A stretch of 64,000 bases of DNA, taken from the NCBI GenBank assembly GCA_963716125.1, contig OY970294.1, positions 3,585,396 to 3,649,395 of the forward strand, in the 5' to 3' direction. Of the stretch, positions 61,246-64,000 are shown piece after piece (positions within the stretch are counted from its first letter, which is position 1; every line of letters begins with the position of its first letter). This DNA is from an uncultured Flavobacteriales bacterium. Its GTDB lineage: Bacteria > Bacteroidota > Bacteroidia > Flavobacteriales_E > Vicingaceae. The notes below the pieces were generated by a model that saw only the letters and a list, made by a program, of their open reading frames with translations, was not told the DNA's origin and made no database searches. The translations under genes and the position numbers were made by a program.

Positions 61246-62187
61246 TTATTGTGTTGAATTTACCTTCTTTTTTAATTTTAAGTTTTCTCTATTTACTAAA
61301 TAAACTCCTGATAATATAACACTTATCCAAACGATGTGCATCATAAGAATTTCTTCTCCATCGAGGAATCCCCATATTAATGCAAAAATTGGAATAATAT
61401 AAGTAACACTAGAGGCATAAATTGGCGACACTTTTTTGATTAAAACATTGAAAAGTATCACTGCTAAAGCAGTACCGAAAATTGCCAAAATCGCAATATA
61501 AAATAAATTTAATTTAGCCGTAGGATCTTCAGTCAATACAGTAGTGAAATCTGTTGTAAATAAATATAAACCGGCAATAGGTCCGGTAAAAAAGAATCCA
61601 AAAGCTGTGATATCTACAGAATTGATAGGGCCTAGGAATTTTTTTATAAAATTGACATTAATTGCATAGCATAGAGTAGCCAAAACTACTAAAAGAGCAT
61701 ATTCTAAATGTCCATCACCAAAATTTAAACCTTGTACAGATATTAATCCTACAGCACCAACTAAACCTAATAAAACTCCCGAAAATCTTTTGATTCTTAA
61801 TTTCATGCCGAAAGCAATAAGACCTACTACTACAGTAAATAAGGGTACTAAGCTGTTGAGCATTCCTGTTAGGGAACTGCTAATTTGTGTTTGAGCCAAT
61901 GGAAATAAAAATGCTGGAATAGCACTTCCTAATAAACCAGCGATGGTTAAATAGATCCAATATTTACCTTTAATATTCTTAAGTCCTTTAATAGTAATAG
62001 GTAAAAGCGCTAAATAGGCTATTAGTATCCTTAAAGCTGCTACTTGGGTGTTGCTATAACTTTCAAGTCCTCTTTTCATTAAAATAAACGAACTTCCCCA
62101 AACTAAGGCTAGAAAAAGTAGCAATAACCACTGCCATAATGATTTATCTAAATTAATTATTTTCATAGCCGACAAATGTAAGCGCAT
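61246..62187 (-). CDS. EamA/DMT-family transporter
   Basis: About 10 TM helices and a duplicated EamA-like pattern. Confidence 0.7.
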   Translation of the reverse strand: MRLHLSAMKIINLDKSLWQWLLLLFLALVWGSSFILMKRGLESYSNTQVAALRILIAYLALLPITIKGLKNIKGKYWIYLTIAGLLGSAIPAFLFPLAQTQISSSLTGMLNSLVPLFTVVVGLIAFGMKLRIKRFSGVLLGLVGAVGLISVQGLNFGDGHLEYALLVVLATLCYAINVNFIKKFLGPINSVDITAFGFFFTGPIAGLYLFTTDFTTVLTEDPTAKLNLFYIAILAIFGTALAVILFNVLIKKVSPIYASSVTYIIPIFALIWGFLDGEEILMMHIVWISVILSGVYLVNRENLKLKKKVNSTQ

Positions 62188-62259
62188 TAAAGTGAAAAAT
62201 TTAACTTCATTTTCTTAGAATTAAAATTATTTTCTTAATCTTGTTACATTATTATTACG

Positions 62260-62595
62260 ATGAAAAATTATATTAGAAGTTACACGAAAAGAATTATTCT
62301 TTTTTCTGCAGTTCTAGGCGGATGTATCTCTTTTAGTGCAAAAAATCATCCATCCCAAGATTCAATTTCTATTGATAATGCCAAGCTGGTTTTTTGTAAT
62401 TCTATGGCTGAGTTAAACCCAATTCAAAAAAATTTTAGTTTAACCATAGACAAGCCAATTACAAATCATTTAAATAATAGTTCAAATAAATCCGTCTCTT
62501 TAAAAAATACTATTAATATTGAAGATTATGTTCCTTCTGAAAAGTTGAATATTTCGCTTCCCGATATTATTACTTATTTTATGTCATCATTTTAA
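62260..62595 (+). CDS. hypothetical secreted protein
   Basis: 111-aa ORF with a signal peptide. No motif. Confidence 0.3.
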   Translation: MKNYIRSYTKRIILFSAVLGGCISFSAKNHPSQDSISIDNAKLVFCNSMAELNPIQKNFSLTIDKPITNHLNNSSNKSVSLKNTINIEDYVPSEKLNISLPDIITYFMSSF

Positions 62596-62653
62596 TTGTA
62601 AAAAAACCTTTTTAAAGCAGCTTCTTTATTAATTTTGGAGAAAATTTTCAAAG

Positions 62654-63688
62654 ATGTTGGAGCGTTCAAAAAGACCAATAATTATTTGGCTTCTCAGTGG
62701 TTGTTTTCTAATTTTTTTAATGGTACTCATTGGCGGAATTACACGCCTTACCAATTCAGGTTTGTCTATGGTAGAGTGGAAGCTTCTGATGGGATCATTG
62801 CCGCCAATGAATGAAGCAGCATGGATGGTAGTTTTTGAGAAATATAAACAATTTCCTGAATATCAAATTATTAATACTCATTTTAGTTTAGAAGAATTTA
62901 AGGATATTTATTTTTGGGAATATCTGCATCGATTTTTGGGCCGATTGATTGGTTTAGTATTTATCATCCCTTTTTTATATTTTCTATTTAAGAAAATGAT
63001 TGATAAAAAATTACTATATCAATTGTTGCTAATACTTTTTATGGGTGGATTCCAAGGTTTTTTGGGTTGGTATATGGTAAAAAGTGGCTTAAATAAAATG
63101 CCCGATGTAAGCCATTTTAGATTGGCAATGCACTTAATCACTGCATTCATCACTTTTGCCTATACTTTTTGGGTGGCTTTAGGTTTAATTTATCCGAATA
63201 AGCAAAAAACAACCTTCACATCTTTAAGAAATTGGGCAGTGTTTTTATTAATTATTACTGTAGTTCAAATTGTTTGGGGTGCTTTTGTAGCCGGATTAAA
63301 TGCTGGTAAAGTTTACAATACATGGCCGAAAATGGGCGATTCATGGATAGCTGAAAGCGTAACTGCTATGCAGCCTTTATGGCATAATTTTGTGGAAGGA
63401 TTGGCAGGTGTTCAATTTATTCATAGATACTTAGCATACATAGTAGTGGGAGTTGTTTTATTCATATATTTTAAATCTAAACGGCTTAAGTTGAATAAAA
63501 CTCAACTTAAAGGAGTTAACTTTTTAATGATAATGGTAAGTATTCAATTTACCTTGGGAATTCTGACACTTTTAATGGGTGTTCCAGTCTGGATGGGTGT
63601 ATTGCATCAGTTAGGTGCATTTTTTCTATTGAGTGCAGTAGTTTATACTTTGCATCGCTTTAATTTTTCCACTCAAACGATTCAATAA
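62654..63688 (+). CDS. ctaA: heme A synthase (COX15/CtaA family)
   Basis: Polytopic protein with the COX15/CtaA N-terminal pattern (…GGITRLTNSGLSMVEWKLLMG…) and conserved His in the TM helices. Confidence 0.75.
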   Translation: MLERSKRPIIIWLLSGCFLIFLMVLIGGITRLTNSGLSMVEWKLLMGSLPPMNEAAWMVVFEKYKQFPEYQIINTHFSLEEFKDIYFWEYLHRFLGRLIGLVFIIPFLYFLFKKMIDKKLLYQLLLILFMGGFQGFLGWYMVKSGLNKMPDVSHFRLAMHLITAFITFAYTFWVALGLIYPNKQKTTFTSLRNWAVFLLIITVVQIVWGAFVAGLNAGKVYNTWPKMGDSWIAESVTAMQPLWHNFVEGLAGVQFIHRYLAYIVVGVVLFIYFKSKRLKLNKTQLKGVNFLMIMVSIQFTLGILTLLMGVPVWMGVLHQLGAFFLLSAVVYTLHRFNFSTQTIQ

Positions 63689-63989
63689 AATGATTAATAT
63701 CTTTCTCTATAAAATTTTCCACAGGTCCTAAAGAGTCGGCATTTGGAGTAGCATTAAAATACAAAGCACCCCTTAGAAAATGATTGGTGCTATCTGTTAA
63801 AAAAAACTGGCTACCACTTGCTGCATTACCTTTTATAGAATACAAGGTGCCATATAATCTCTTGTTGGGTACTCGAATTAGTATTTCGTTAATCTCTTGA
63901 GCCTTTATTGTGTGCTTATAAGCCAAGCTTCTGCTTTCTTCCAATAATTGTGCAATATTTGTATCCACTTTTAAGTAGCTAAAATGCAC
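63660..63989 (-). CDS. hypothetical protein (may continue beyond the window end)
   Basis: 109-aa ORF convergent with ctaA. No motif recognised. Confidence 0.3.
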   Translation of the reverse strand: MHFSYLKVDTNIAQLLEESRSLAYKHTIKAQEINEILIRVPNKRLYGTLYSIKGNAASGSQFFLTDSTNHFLRGALYFNATPNADSLGPVENFIEKDINHFIESFEWKN

Positions 63990-64000
63990 TCTAGCTCCAA

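Overview
This window is a low-GC (~34%) chromosomal segment that looks like a Bacteroidetes (Flavobacteriia-like) genome. Evidence for that is several T9SS C-terminal sorting domains, an alternative complex III (actABCDEF) operon followed by caa3-type oxidase genes, and Bacteroidetes-type gene order. The core content is: ACIII plus coxII/coxI (1-10.4 kb); a SPOR protein, an OmpA/TPR/beta-propeller protein, queE, tRNA-Pro(GGG) and trxB; a 1072-aa MAM-domain T9SS protein; recJ, an RlpA-like gene, an orphan cysH-like gene and an epimerase; a heme-biosynthesis cluster (hemA-hemC fused ORF, hemD, hemB, hemL, hemE); a class II ribonucleotide reductase (nrdJ) broken by three frameshifts; feoAB, manC, fumC and prfB (with its conserved programmed +1 frameshift); recX, mgtE, rsmA, serS, rplU-rpmA and ctaA. 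Two accessory patches stand out. The first (31.4-37.3 kb) carries a REP-associated tyrosine transposase flanked by inverted REP hairpins. A third REP copy 3 kb away delimits a segment with a ParD antitoxin, a nonsense-inactivated ParE toxin, an HExxH lipoprotein and an unknown protein. The second (48.3-52.9 kb) is a three-gene segment (T9SS cargo protein, Cys-rich lipoprotein, XRE regulator) bracketed by two arrays of a previously unannotated ~200-215-bp tandem repeat. Each repeat unit contains two mutually reverse-complementary 15-16-nt near-palindromes and a GC-rich SD-like box, which points to a structured RNA, a MITE-like element or a recombination substrate. Several otherwise conserved genes (actD, nrdJ x3, a small gene x2) carry single-base indels. 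These may be homopolymer sequencing errors or real pseudogenes. No CRISPR array or rRNA was seen.
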